From positions 1,440,001-1,504,000 of the forward strand of contig CAWDML010000009.1 of assembly GCA_963803435.1 (NCBI GenBank): a stretch of DNA of 64,000 nt, given 5' to 3'. The notes below the pieces were generated by a model, which saw only the letters and a list, made by a program, of their open reading frames with translations, searched no databases and was not told the origin of the DNA. Of this stretch, positions 26,153-36,548 are shown one piece after another (the first letter of the stretch is position 1; every line of letters begins with the position of its first letter). Source of the stretch: an uncultured delta proteobacterium (GTDB lineage Bacteria > Myxococcota > Kuafuiibacteriia > Kuafuiibacteriales > Kuafuiibacteriaceae). The position numbers and the translations under genes are program-made.

Positions 26153-28091
26153 TCAGAGGGCCCGCGGGTCGGTCAGCTTCCCGGTGATCGCCGACGCCGC
26201 GGCCACCGCCGGCGACACCAGGTACACCGGCCCGGGCGCGCCCATGCGCCGATCGAAGTTGCGGTTCGTGGTGCTGGCCGTGGTCTCGCCCTCGAGCGGG
26301 ATTCCGGGCCCGTTGCCGATGCACGCTGCCGCAGCCCGGCTCGGTGACGACCGCGCCCAGCTCGCGCAGCATCGTCAGGATCCCCTCGGCCTCCGCCGCG
26401 CGCGCGACCTCCGCGCTCGACGGCGTGACCGTCACGCGGACGCCCCGATGGAAGCGGTGCGCCCTTGCAGGACGCCGGCCGCCGCGCGCAGGTCGGCCAG
26501 CGATCCGCCGGTGCAGGAGGCGATCACCACGTTGTGGATCGGGACATCCCGCGTTCGACGCGAGCGGCGCGCGGTTGCGCGAGTCGCCGGGAGTGGCGAC
26601 GGTGAGCGGCACGTCGTCGAGGTCGATCTCGATCGTCCGCACGTACTCGGCCCCTTGGTCCGGAGACACGAACCCCGACTCGTCGACCGAGCCGCGGCGC
26701 TCCGCCAGAAAGCGGCGCACCGGGTCGCACGGCTCCACGATCCCGGTCATGAGGCCGCCCTCGACCGTCATGTTGGTGAGCACGCAGAGCTCGTCGACGT
26801 TCCACTGATCGAGCCCGGGACCGCCGAACTGGATCACGCAGGTGTCGGTGGGCGAGGCCCGCCAGTGCTCCTCGCGGAAGTAGGGATCGCCGATCAGGTG
26901 GAGGATCAGATCCTTCGGCGACAGCACGCCGCGCGCGTCGCCCTAGACCACCACGCGCACCGTCTTGGGCACGGTCACCGGGATGAGCCCGGTGCGGAGC
27001 GCGAACGCCATCGCCGTGGAGCCCACGCCGAACGCGAAGGCGTTGAGCACGCCGGCGGTCGGCGTGTGGCTGTCGGTGAGGACGATGATCGTCGCCGGGG
27101 AGGGCGTAGTCCTCGACCACCACCCGATGGCAGACGCCGGCGGGGAAGGGCCGGCCGGGGCCGTGGAGGCGGATGCCGTTCCGCTGGCAGGCCTCGACCA
27201 TCTCGCGCCGTCAGCTGCCTGGCGGGCGCGAGCCGCTGGTTCCGCACCTTGAGCGGGCACCGTGTCGTGATCGATCAGCACGAAGTGGTCCTCGAACGCA
27301 GCGACCAGCTCCGGCTGGTCGCACCGGATGCCTCCCCCACTCCTCCTCGTAGAGCGCCATCACCATGCCCGCGGTGTACTCGTGCATCCCGCGGAACCCG
27401 GTGGCGCAGAGCACCTGATCGCCGGGACGGACGCTGGCCGACCCCGGTCGCCTGGCCGGCGCCGCGATACGTCCGCGCCGCGACGATCTTCTCGATGCAG
27501 GTCATCGGCCGCGCCGGCGCATCGGTGCGATAGCTGGGCGCGAGCTCGCCGGCGAGGAGCTTGGTGCCGTACCGCAAGAGCCCGCCCTCGGCGGCCACGG
27601 CGCGGAAGAACGGCGGCAGCTCGGCGGCGAGCGCAGCGAGGTCGACCTCGTCGCCGTCGATCAACCGATCGAGCACCGAGAAGTCGGTGGTGAACGGCAG
27701 GCCGCTGTAGACCATGTTCTCCTGGAAGATCCGCTGGAAGCTCTTCGCCACCACCAGCTCGATCCCGGCGCCTTGATGCGCCACCACTGCGACCTCGCGG
27801 CTCGATCCGGATGCCGTAAGCGTCGCCGCCGACGACGACCTGGAAGCCGCCGTCCTTCACCGCGTCCTTCTCGACCGTGTCCTTGAAGCTCTCGAGGAAG
27901 TACGGGCCCAGGATCTCGCCGGTGTAGCCGAGCGTGCAGGCGGCGCCGCTGATCATCGCGTCGGTGTTGACGCCGTAGGCGAGCTCGGGTGCGTCCCCGG
28001 ATCCGTACGCGCTCCGCGCAGTTCCTTCGAGCTGCTTGGCCAGCTCGCTCGCGTCGTCGGTCAGCCACAGCACCCGTCCCGCCAGCTTCAT
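26153..28091 (-). pseudogene. Aconitase/isopropylmalate-dehydratase family enzyme, swivel (LeuD-like) domain fused N-terminal to Fe-S (LeuC-like) domain; many frameshifts and an in-frame TAG
   Basis: NTDAMI, G(S)[69 protein letters not shown] spread over several frames; TAG at 26943-26945. Confidence 0.75.
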
Positions 28092-28130
28092 CGCTCCGAG
28101 GATGAGCGCTCGGGCAAACGTCCTCAAGAT

Positions 28131-28146
28131 GGACCATAATTGGTCC
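28131..28146. promoter_or_regulatory. Palindromic operator candidate between divergent aconitase-like and LysR genes
   Basis: GGACCA-TAAT-TGGTCC perfect 6-bp inverted repeat in AT-rich intergenic gap. Confidence 0.55.
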
Positions 28147-28177
28147 CTAAATGCATCGTTCATGATACATTTTTCGG

Positions 28178-29140
28178 GTGATCGGCCGCAGCCACCTCGA
28201 GGCCTATCTGGAGGTCATCCAGCACGGAAGCCTCCAGGCCGCCGCCCGGGCGAGCGGCCGCTCCCGCGCGACCTACCAGCGCCACCTGGCCGAGCTCCGC
28301 GCGGCCTTCGATGCGCCCGTGCTGATCCGGCGCGCTCCGGGGCAACGGCAGGGGATCGTCACGCCCGCCGGCGACGAGCTGGCGCGCCGCGCCCGCGTCA
28401 TGCTCAGGCGGTTCGATCAATGGCTGGCGACCACGCGCGATGCCATCGGCGAGTCGGAGAAGAGCCTGCGCGTGGGCGCGCTCGCCGGGTCGTTCGATCT
28501 GATCGCGGACCTCCTGGCCGAGCTCAAGCGGGAGCTCCCGGAGATCCCGCTCCGGATCGTCGAGTACCCCGGCGATCGCATCGTCGACGCCGTGATCGCC
28601 GGTGACGTCGACCTCGGCTTCGGCCCCCTCGATCCCGACGGGGTCCCGAAGGACCTTCGCTTCGTCGCCCTGGGGCCTCTCCCCTGGGCGGTGATCGTGC
28701 CGGAGAGCGCACGGGCGTCGTTCCCCGATCCGATCGAGCTCGCCGATCTCGACGGCATCCCGCTGGTGGTCCATCGCGCCGGTCCCGCCCGCCGTCGCCT
28801 CGAGCGGCAGTTCGCCGCCGGCCTGCACACCCTCAACGCCGCCTATGAGGTGGAGTCGACGCCGCGGATCGTCGACATGGTGCAGCGCGGCTTCGGCCCG
28901 GCCGTGGTCAGCCAGTTCCGGCTGGCGTTCCTCCCCCGCGGCGTCGCGGTGCTCCGGCTGGCCGGCGGCCCCAAGCCGCTGACGGCCGGCGTGTTCCTCC
29001 GCCGCGGCCGCCGCCTGGTCGGCCCCAGCAAGGCCCTCGTGGATCGGGCCCGCGCGCGCTTCACGCTCCTCAGCTCGCCAGGCGCGCCTTCCGCATCTGT
29101 ACCTTCACCCAGCCGTCCGTCTTCCACACCGACGCCGTGA
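28178..29140 (+). CDS. LysR-family transcriptional regulator
   Basis: HTH LEAYLEVIQHGSLQAAAR..TPAGDEL; substrate domain LRVGA..GDVDLG..MVQRGFG; divergent from aconitase-like gene. Confidence 0.88.
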   Translation: MIGRSHLEAYLEVIQHGSLQAAARASGRSRATYQRHLAELRAAFDAPVLIRRAPGQRQGIVTPAGDELARRARVMLRRFDQWLATTRDAIGESEKSLRVGALAGSFDLIADLLAELKRELPEIPLRIVEYPGDRIVDAVIAGDVDLGFGPLDPDGVPKDLRFVALGPLPWAVIVPESARASFPDPIELADLDGIPLVVHRAGPARRRLERQFAAGLHTLNAAYEVESTPRIVDMVQRGFGPAVVSQFRLAFLPRGVAVLRLAGGPKPLTAGVFLRRGRRLVGPSKALVDRARARFTLLSSPGAPSASVPSPSRPSSTPTP

Positions 29141-29723
29141 TCCGATGCGTCTCGGTCGTCTCCACGGAGCGCCAGCAGGTCGCGTCCTGCGCCTCGAAGC
29201 CGAAGGTGGCGAGCGCTCCGCCCAGCGCCTCGTCGCTCGGCATCTCCACGGTCTCCTCGAGCACCTCTGCGGTCATGATCGCGAGGGGGTTCACGATCAC
29301 GCGCTTCTCGAGCCGCGCCGGCTCCCCGCCGAGCCGGAGGAGCCGGCGGACCAGGTTCTGGAACATCTCGCTGGTCTCGACCGGGGCGCCGTGATCCGGG
29401 GGCCAGGGCTGCAGGAACTCGACCACCAGGTAACGGTCGGCCTCGAGGGTCAGGATCACGTCCTCGAGCTCGAAGCGTCCGTCGTCGAGGGGTGTCCACC
29501 CGTGCCGGAACGCGTCCTCCGAGGCCTCCTCCAGCAGCTCGGCCAGCTCCGGGGCGTCCGGCTCCGGGGACAGCTCGATCCGCCTGCGACGGAACGCGTC
29601 CGTGCCCGCGCGCCACTCGTCCTCGGTCCGCGCCAGGCGGCAGCCGCCCGGCACCACCTCGGCGAACGGGGCCGCGACATCGGGCCAGAAGCTCTCGATC
29701 TGGGTCAGGCTCGGCAGATCCAT
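29070..29723 (-). CDS. Hypothetical protein
   Basis: ATG-started ORF with typical codon usage; 3' overlap with LysR gene. Confidence 0.65.
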   Translation of the reverse strand: MDLPSLTQIESFWPDVAAPFAEVVPGGCRLARTEDEWRAGTDAFRRRRIELSPEPDAPELAELLEEASEDAFRHGWTPLDDGRFELEDVILTLEADRYLVVEFLQPWPPDHGAPVETSEMFQNLVRRLLRLGGEPARLEKRVIVNPLAIMTAEVLEETVEMPSDEALGGALATFGFEAQDATCWRSVETTETHRITASVWKTDGWVKVQMRKARLAS

Positions 29724-29814
29724 GGCGGGCGATCGATCGGGACGCGCACGATGCGATCGCTTCGCCCGACGGTCAACCTCGACGCCCGACCCCCGATCGT
29801 GTCACCTCGGGTCG

Positions 29815-30501
29815 ATGGAGCTGATCTTCATCCGCCACGCACAGCCGGCGTGGGTCGACGGGGACAAGAGCCGGATCGATCCTGCGCTCTCACCGCTGGG
29901 CCGCCGGCAGGCCGAGGCCCTCGCCGAGCACGCGCGCGAGTGGAGCCGCGCCGACGAGCTCTTCGTCTCACCGGCCGTCCGCGCCCGCGAGACCGCGCAC
30001 CCCCTCGCCGAGCGCCTCGGCCTTCGCGCACAGTGCGTCGAATGGTTCGACGAGCTCCGCCTCCCCGCGCACTGGGAGGGGGCGCCGGCCGAGCGCGTGT
30101 CCGCGCTGCTCAGCAACGCGCGCAGTCGCACCCGCCTGGAGTGGGAGAACGGGATCGAGGCCGCCGAGCCCTTCGCGGCGTTCGAGCACCGGATCGTCGT
30201 CGGCCTCCGGGCGCTCCTCGCCGAGCGCGGCGTGACCCCGGCCGTCGGCGAGCACCCCGGCGACTGGCAGATTGCACAGCCGGCGCGGCGTCTCATCTTC
30301 GTCGGGCACAACGGCAGCAACGCTGTCGCCATCGGCCACCTGCTCGGCCTCCCCAGCGTCCCCTGGCCCTGGGAGCGGCTGGTGGCGATGCACGCCTCGA
30401 TCTCGCGGGTGAAGTCGAGCGCCCTCCTCGGCGGCCACATCTTCGGCCTCCGCGACCACAGCAACGTCGGCTACCTGGAGAGGTCGCTCCGCTCCAGGTG
30501 A
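29815..30501 (+). CDS. Histidine phosphatase (phosphoglycerate-mutase-like) family protein
   Basis: LIFIRHAQ, LSPLGRRQA, SPAVRARETA, FVGHNG. Confidence 0.88.
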   Translation: MELIFIRHAQPAWVDGDKSRIDPALSPLGRRQAEALAEHAREWSRADELFVSPAVRARETAHPLAERLGLRAQCVEWFDELRLPAHWEGAPAERVSALLSNARSRTRLEWENGIEAAEPFAAFEHRIVVGLRALLAERGVTPAVGEHPGDWQIAQPARRLIFVGHNGSNAVAIGHLLGLPSVPWPWERLVAMHASISRVKSSALLGGHIFGLRDHSNVGYLERSLRSR

Positions 30502-30772
30502 GCGGGCCGAGCCTCGTCCGCTGGAGGTGGATCGGTGCTGCCTGGGCGGCTACACCGGGCCACCCCCGGTCGGTCGGTTGACGGATGCGCCGATCGGCGC
30601 TGTCCCGGCCGCATCGCCTGCGCTACCACTCGCGGCCGTGATCGCGGTGTTCGAGAGCTTCAACGAGTGGCTTCGCCTGAGCGGCGCGCACGTGGCGGCC
30701 GCGATCATCGTCTTCGCGATCCAGCCCGGTGTGGAGTTGCCGCCCCTGATCCTCCGGCTATTCTCAGCCTGA
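30498..30772 (+). CDS. Possible small membrane protein, probably frameshifted
   Basis: GTGA overlap with previous stop; hydrophobic segments LPLAAVIAVF and HVAAAIIVFAI in a second frame ending just before next gene. Confidence 0.3.
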
Positions 30773-30773
30773 G

Positions 30774-32714
30774 TTGACCGTCCGGACCTTCGCTGAACGC
30801 ATCCTCTTCGGCGCCACGCTCGCGGACAAGCTCGCCGCCGACGAGCCGCTGGCGGACGACGAGCCGGGGCGTGCCATCGCGGTTCCGCCGGCTCCGGCGC
30901 GGCCGGCTGCGCTCGCCTTTCCCACCGAGAAGGTCCCCTTCGAGTTTCCCGACAAGCGGCAGCTCGACGACGACGGGCTGCGGGGGCGCGCGCTCCACTT
31001 CTTCGCCAACCACGAGCTCCTCGCCCTCGAGCTGATGGCCCTGGTGCTGCTCCGCTTCCCCGAGGCGCCCTCGTCGTTTCGCGCCGGGTTGGTGCACACC
31101 ATGCTCGACGAGCAGAAACACCTCCGCCTCTACCGCGCGCGCATGGCGGCGCTCGGCGTCGAGCTGGGCGACGTCAAGGTCAACGACTACTTCTGGCGCG
31201 CGATGAAGGACGTCCGCTCGCCGCTCGACTTCGTGATCTCGATGAGCCTCACCTTCGAGCAGGCCAACCTCGACTTCACTCGACACTACGCCGGGCTCTG
31301 TCGCAGCGCCGGCGACGAAGCGACCGCCGACATCCTCGACGCCGTTCAGGCCGACGAGGTCCGGCACGTGCAGCACGGGGTGCGCTGGCTCGAGGCGTGG
31401 CGCGACCCGGAGGAGGACGACTGGGACGCCTACCGCCTCCACCTCGCGCCGCCCCTGTCCCCCGCCCGCGCCAAGGGGCCCGACTTCGATCGGGAGGCCC
31501 GGCGGCGCGCCGGACTCTCGGAGCGCTTCATCCGCGAGCTCGCCGTCTTCCAGCACAGCAAGGGCCGGACGCCGGTGGTACACGCGTTCGACGCCGCCAG
31601 CGAGGAGGCGATCGAGGCCGGCCCTCGCTACTCCCCGCCGGCCGCGATCCTCGACGCCGAGCACGATCTCGCGCCGCTGATGCTCTTCCTGGCGGCCAAC
31701 GACGACGTGGTCCTGGTTCCGGTCCGCCCGTCGACCGCGCATCTCGAGTCTCTCATCGCTGCCGGGTTCGCGGTCCCCGAGCTGCGCACCCTCGACGAGC
31801 CGCTCGCCGGCCCTTTCGAGCGCTTCTCGGGTTGGGGCGCCGGCCCCCGCTCCCGCGCGCGTGCGGAGCGCCTCGGGCTGTCGCTCGATCCCGCGCCGCC
31901 GGAGGTCGTCTCCCGCCGCTTCTCGCATGCGCTCCGCCAGCGCCTGAGCCCCGACACCAGCGCGATCGCCACCTCGGTCGAGGAGGCACGCGCCGCAGCC
32001 GAAGCGATCTTCGCGCTCGGCCATCCGCGCGCGGTGGCCAAGTCGCTCTTCGCGTCGAGCGGACGGCAACGTATCTTTCTCCGTCCCGGGCCGCTCGAGC
32101 CCAACCTCGAGCGCTGGCTCGAAGGCCGCACCGTCATCGTCGAGCCATGGCTCGATCGCGTCCGCGATCTCTCCCTCGCGATCGAGGTCGGCGAGCACGC
32201 CACCGAGCGCGTCGCCTTCAATCACTTCCTCACCGACGATCGCGGTCGCTACCGGGGCCACGTGCTGGCGCCTCCCCTCCGCGGGCTGGAGCTCGAGCCG
32301 CTGTTCCGAAGGATCGATCTGTTCGCCGAGCTGGACCGGATCGCCCGCACCGTCGGACAGCAGCTCCGCGCGGCCGGCCATCGGGGCCCGGCCGGGATCG
32401 ACATGCTCCTGTACCGCGATCAGGGGGACGGCGCGATCGCCTGGCAGCCGCTCGTCGAGGTGAATCCGCGGCTCACCATGGGCTTCGTGGCCCGCGCCCT
32501 GAAGCGACGGATCGCGCCCGGCTCCTACGGCGTGTGGCTCCACGCGCCCATCGAGCGGGTCCGCGAGCTCCGGCCCGAGGTGGAGCTCTCGTCGAAGGGC
32601 ATCGTCCGGGGGACGCTCCCCACCAACGACCTCGAGGCCGCGCGGGCGATCGGCACCGTCCTCTACGTGGATCCGGATCCCGACGCCATCGAGGCCCTCT
32701 GCCGTAGCAGGTGA
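30774..32714 (+). CDS. DUF455/ferritin-like diiron domain fused to ATP-grasp-like domain
   Basis: HFFANHELLALE, DEQKH, FEQANLD, DEVRHV..G..W; C-terminal AKSLFASSGR, IVEPWL, GPAGID, VEVNPRLTMG. Confidence 0.8.
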   Translation: MTVRTFAERILFGATLADKLAADEPLADDEPGRAIAVPPAPARPAALAFPTEKVPFEFPDKRQLDDDGLRGRALHFFANHELLALELMALVLLRFPEAPSSFRAGLVHTMLDEQKHLRLYRARMAALGVELGDVKVNDYFWRAMKDVRSPLDFVISMSLTFEQANLDFTRHYAGLCRSAGDEATADILDAVQADEVRHVQHGVRWLEAWRDPEEDDWDAYRLHLAPPLSPARAKGPDFDREARRRAGLSERFIRELAVFQHSKGRTPVVHAFDAASEEAIEAGPRYSPPAAILDAEHDLAPLMLFLAANDDVVLVPVRPSTAHLESLIAAGFAVPELRTLDEPLAGPFERFSGWGAGPRSRARAERLGLSLDPAPPEVVSRRFSHALRQRLSPDTSAIATSVEEARAAAEAIFALGHPRAVAKSLFASSGRQRIFLRPGPLEPNLERWLEGRTVIVEPWLDRVRDLSLAIEVGEHATERVAFNHFLTDDRGRYRGHVLAPPLRGLELEPLFRRIDLFAELDRIARTVGQQLRAAGHRGPAGIDMLLYRDQGDGAIAWQPLVEVNPRLTMGFVARALKRRIAPGSYGVWLHAPIERVRELRPEVELSSKGIVRGTLPTNDLEAARAIGTVLYVDPDPDAIEALCRSR

Positions 32715-33763
32715 TCCGCCAGCACGATCGCGACCATCGCCTCGGCCATCGGCACGAAGCGCGGGAGCAGGCAGGGATCGTGGCGCCCCTTCGTCGAGAT
32801 CGTCGCCGGCCGACCCGCTCGATCCACGGTCCGCTGCGGGCGCGGCAGCGAGCTGGTCGGCTTCACCGCAGCCCGCAGCACGATCGGCATCCCGCTCGAG
32901 ATCCCGCCCAGCATGCCGCCGTGACGGTTCGACTCGGTGGCGATCCGACCGTCCTCCGCCACGAACGGATCGTTGTTCTCGCTCCCGCGGAGCGTGGCGC
33001 AGCCGAAGCCGGCGCCGTACTCGACGCCCAGGACCGCCGGCAGCGAGAAGAGCGCCTTTGCCAGGTCGGCCTTCAGCTTGTCGAAGACCGGCTCACCCAG
33101 GCCCGCAGGCACTCCGGTCGCCACGATCTCCGCCACGCCTCCGATCGAGTCCTGATCCTTCCGCACCGCCTCGATCAGCGCGATCATCTCGGCGGCCTTC
33201 TCGAGGTCCGGACAGCGGACCGGGGTGGCCTCCACCATCTGCTCGGTCACGCGCGTCGGATCGATGATCTGTGCGCGCACCCCGCCGACCTGGACGACGT
33301 AGCCGAGCACGCGAGCCCCCACCGTCGCGATCACCTTCTTCGCGATCGCGCCGGCCGCCACGCGCGCGACGGTCTCCCGGGCGCTGGCCCGACCCCCGCC
33401 GCGATGATCGCGGAAGCCGTACTTGGCGTCGTAGGTGTAGTCGGCGTGGCCGGGTCGGTAGAGATTCTCGATCGCCGCGTAATCCTTCGACCGCTGATCC
33501 TCGTTCGCGATCGAGACGGCGATCGCCGTGCCGGTGGTCCGGCCCTCGAAGACGCCGCTCAGGATCCGCGGGACGTCGCTCTCCTGACGCTGGGTCACGA
33601 GGTGGCTCTGGCCGGGCCGGCGCCGCCGAAGGTCCACCTCGAGGTCCGCCTCCGACAGCGGGATCCCCGGGGGACACCCGTCGACGATGACGACGTTGGC
33701 CGGTCCGTGGGACTCGCCGGCGGTGGTGACGACGAAAACGCGCCCCATGCTGCTGCCGGCCAT
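32663..33763 (-). CDS. aroC: Chorismate synthase
   Basis: GESHG, RRRPGQS, RPGHADY, GGGRASARET, GGISSG, KPTSS, GRHDPC. Confidence 0.97.
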   Translation of the reverse strand: MAGSSMGRVFVVTTAGESHGPANVVIVDGCPPGIPLSEADLEVDLRRRRPGQSHLVTQRQESDVPRILSGVFEGRTTGTAIAVSIANEDQRSKDYAAIENLYRPGHADYTYDAKYGFRDHRGGGRASARETVARVAAGAIAKKVIATVGARVLGYVVQVGGVRAQIIDPTRVTEQMVEATPVRCPDLEKAAEMIALIEAVRKDQDSIGGVAEIVATGVPAGLGEPVFDKLKADLAKALFSLPAVLGVEYGAGFGCATLRGSENNDPFVAEDGRIATESNRHGGMLGGISSGMPIVLRAAVKPTSSLPRPQRTVDRAGRPATISTKGRHDPCLLPRFVPMAEAMVAIVLADHLLRQRASMASGSGST

Positions 33764-33801
33764 GTGGAAACAGCATAGCAGTTTCAGGGAGTTCGGTTGG
33801 T

Positions 33802-33850
33802 TCGTTGACTCGACAATCAACGAGCGTTAGGCGTTGATTCGAGAATCAAT
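33802..33850. promoter_or_regulatory. Two tandem palindromic operator-like sites between aroC and the acyl-CoA dehydrogenase gene
   Basis: TCGTTGA-ctcgacaa-TCAACGA (33802-33823) and TTGATTC-ga-GAATCAA (33834-33849); 16/18 identical direct repeat, 29 bp apart. Confidence 0.7.
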
Positions 33851-33851
33851 C

Positions 33852-35012
<1,161 letters not shown>

Positions 35013-35027
35013 TACTCGATCGGAGAG

Positions 35028-36548
35028 GTGCTGGGGCCGCTCCTCCTCTTGATCGCCAGCCCCTCCTACGTCGAGATCCGAGGCAACGTGGCGCTCCCCG
35101 AGGACGTCTACCTGACCGTCCTCAGCCTCACCAGCAGCACCGCGTCCGTCACGCCGGCGCGCGTCGAGAACGTCCTCACCCACTTCCTCCACGACTCCGG
35201 ATACGAGATCGCGGTCGTCACCGCGCGCCTCTCCGATCATCACATCGCCGTCGACGTCGACGAGGGACGCCTCGACAAGGTCATCTTCGTCGGTGAGAGC
35301 AGCGCGAGCGCGCTGAGGCTCCAGCTGGCGGTGGATCTGCCGGGGCACATCTACAACCGCCCGTTGCTGGAGAAGAAGCTGGCCGCGGTCATCGAAGCCA
35401 CCGACGTCATCTCCGCCCGCTACGACATCGTCCCCGTCGAGGAGGTCGAGCACCCCGGCATCCAGCTCCCCGATCCCGGGCTGATCCCGGGCGTGAAGAT
35501 CTTCCGCCCCGGCGAGCCGCACGAGCTCCGCATCCACTTGCTCCACGAGGGCTGGGTCCGCGGCATCGACGCTACCTTCGGCCTGAGAGCTCCCGACGGC
35601 CTCTTCCTGCGGGCGGGCTACAAGCACGGGGGGCTGTTCGCCGATCGCGACGAGGCGGAGGTCGGCGGGCGCATCGCCGTTCGCATCGTCGACGCGCTGG
35701 CGGCCGCCAACGCCCGGCTCGGCCTCTCGGAGGCGAGCGTACGCCTGGCCTGGTTCACGCCGCCGTTCGCCGCGGACACGCTGCGAGCGCTGTTCACGCT
35801 GGAGGCGCTGACCCTCGGTGCGCGGCGGCGGGATCTCGGGATCCGGAGCTACCTCCAGTCCCCGTTGCGCGCCTCGCTCGACTTCCAGCTGTCCCTGCTC
35901 CGCTCCTTCGCGCTCGGGCTGGGCTTCGGATTCGAGCAGCGCTTCCTCTACGCGCTGCACGACGAGAAGGACGTTCCGCGCGATCCGCTGGTCGACGCCA
36001 CGCCTCGCCACGAGGCGCGCCTCTTCGGTCTCTTCGAGGCCGATGCGGTGTTCAATCCGGAGGAGCTACGGCGCGATCGAAAGCACGAGCTCTCCCTGCG
36101 GGTGCGGGCGCTCTCGGCGAGCACGCAGGAGGCGCCTCCGATCGTCGAGCTGTCGCTCGACTGGCAGAAGATGCTGGCGCTGGGCTGGGACGAGCTCTGG
36201 TTCGGGGTCGACGGGGTGGCCCTCTTCGGCGACGTGCCCTTCTACGACGAGCGCTCGCTCGGAGACCCGTTCCTCCGCACCACGTTCTCGCGCCTCTACG
36301 TGAAGAAGGCCGGGGCGGTCCACCTCGAGTACCGCCTCTCCCTCTCGCGCGACATCTTCAAGATCAGCCTCTACGACGACTTCGCCGTCTATCACGACGA
36401 GAAGGTGCGCGTGGTCGACGAGCTGGGGCTCGGCCTTCACCTGCTGGTGATCGACACGTTTCAGCTGAGCGCGTTCCTCGGTGGCGGTCTCAACTCGATG
36501 AAGGAGCTCGACGTGGGCGTCGGCCTCGAGGCCAAGCAAGCGTTCTGA
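35028..36548 (+). CDS. Omp85/TamA-like outer-membrane protein (POTRA-like N-terminus plus beta-barrel)
   Basis: VEIRGNVAL and VDVDEGRLDKVIFVG POTRA-like segments; amphipathic strands; terminal Phe. Confidence 0.65.
   Translation: MLGPLLLLIASPSYVEIRGNVALPEDVYLTVLSLTSSTASVTPARVENVLTHFLHDSGYEIAVVTARLSDHHIAVDVDEGRLDKVIFVGESSASALRLQLAVDLPGHIYNRPLLEKKLAAVIEATDVISARYDIVPVEEVEHPGIQLPDPGLIPGVKIFRPGEPHELRIHLLHEGWVRGIDATFGLRAPDGLFLRAGYKHGGLFADRDEAEVGGRIAVRIVDALAAANARLGLSEASVRLAWFTPPFAADTLRALFTLEALTLGARRRDLGIRSYLQSPLRASLDFQLSLLRSFALGLGFGFEQRFLYALHDEKDVPRDPLVDATPRHEARLFGLFEADAVFNPEELRRDRKHELSLRVRALSASTQEAPPIVELSLDWQKMLALGWDELWFGVDGVALFGDVPFYDERSLGDPFLRTTFSRLYVKKAGAVHLEYRLSLSRDIFKISLYDDFAVYHDEKVRVVDELGLGLHLLVIDTFQLSAFLGGGLNSMKELDVGVGLEAKQAF

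Noticed and set aside
26943-26945. Pyrrolysine or stop-codon readthrough at the in-frame TAG
   Set aside because: Lies in a gene with many indels, and TAG is a normal stop for other genes here; error or decay is simpler
33834-33849. FNR box
   Set aside because: Spacing is TTGAT-N6-ATCAA, not the N4 of FNR/CRP-family sites
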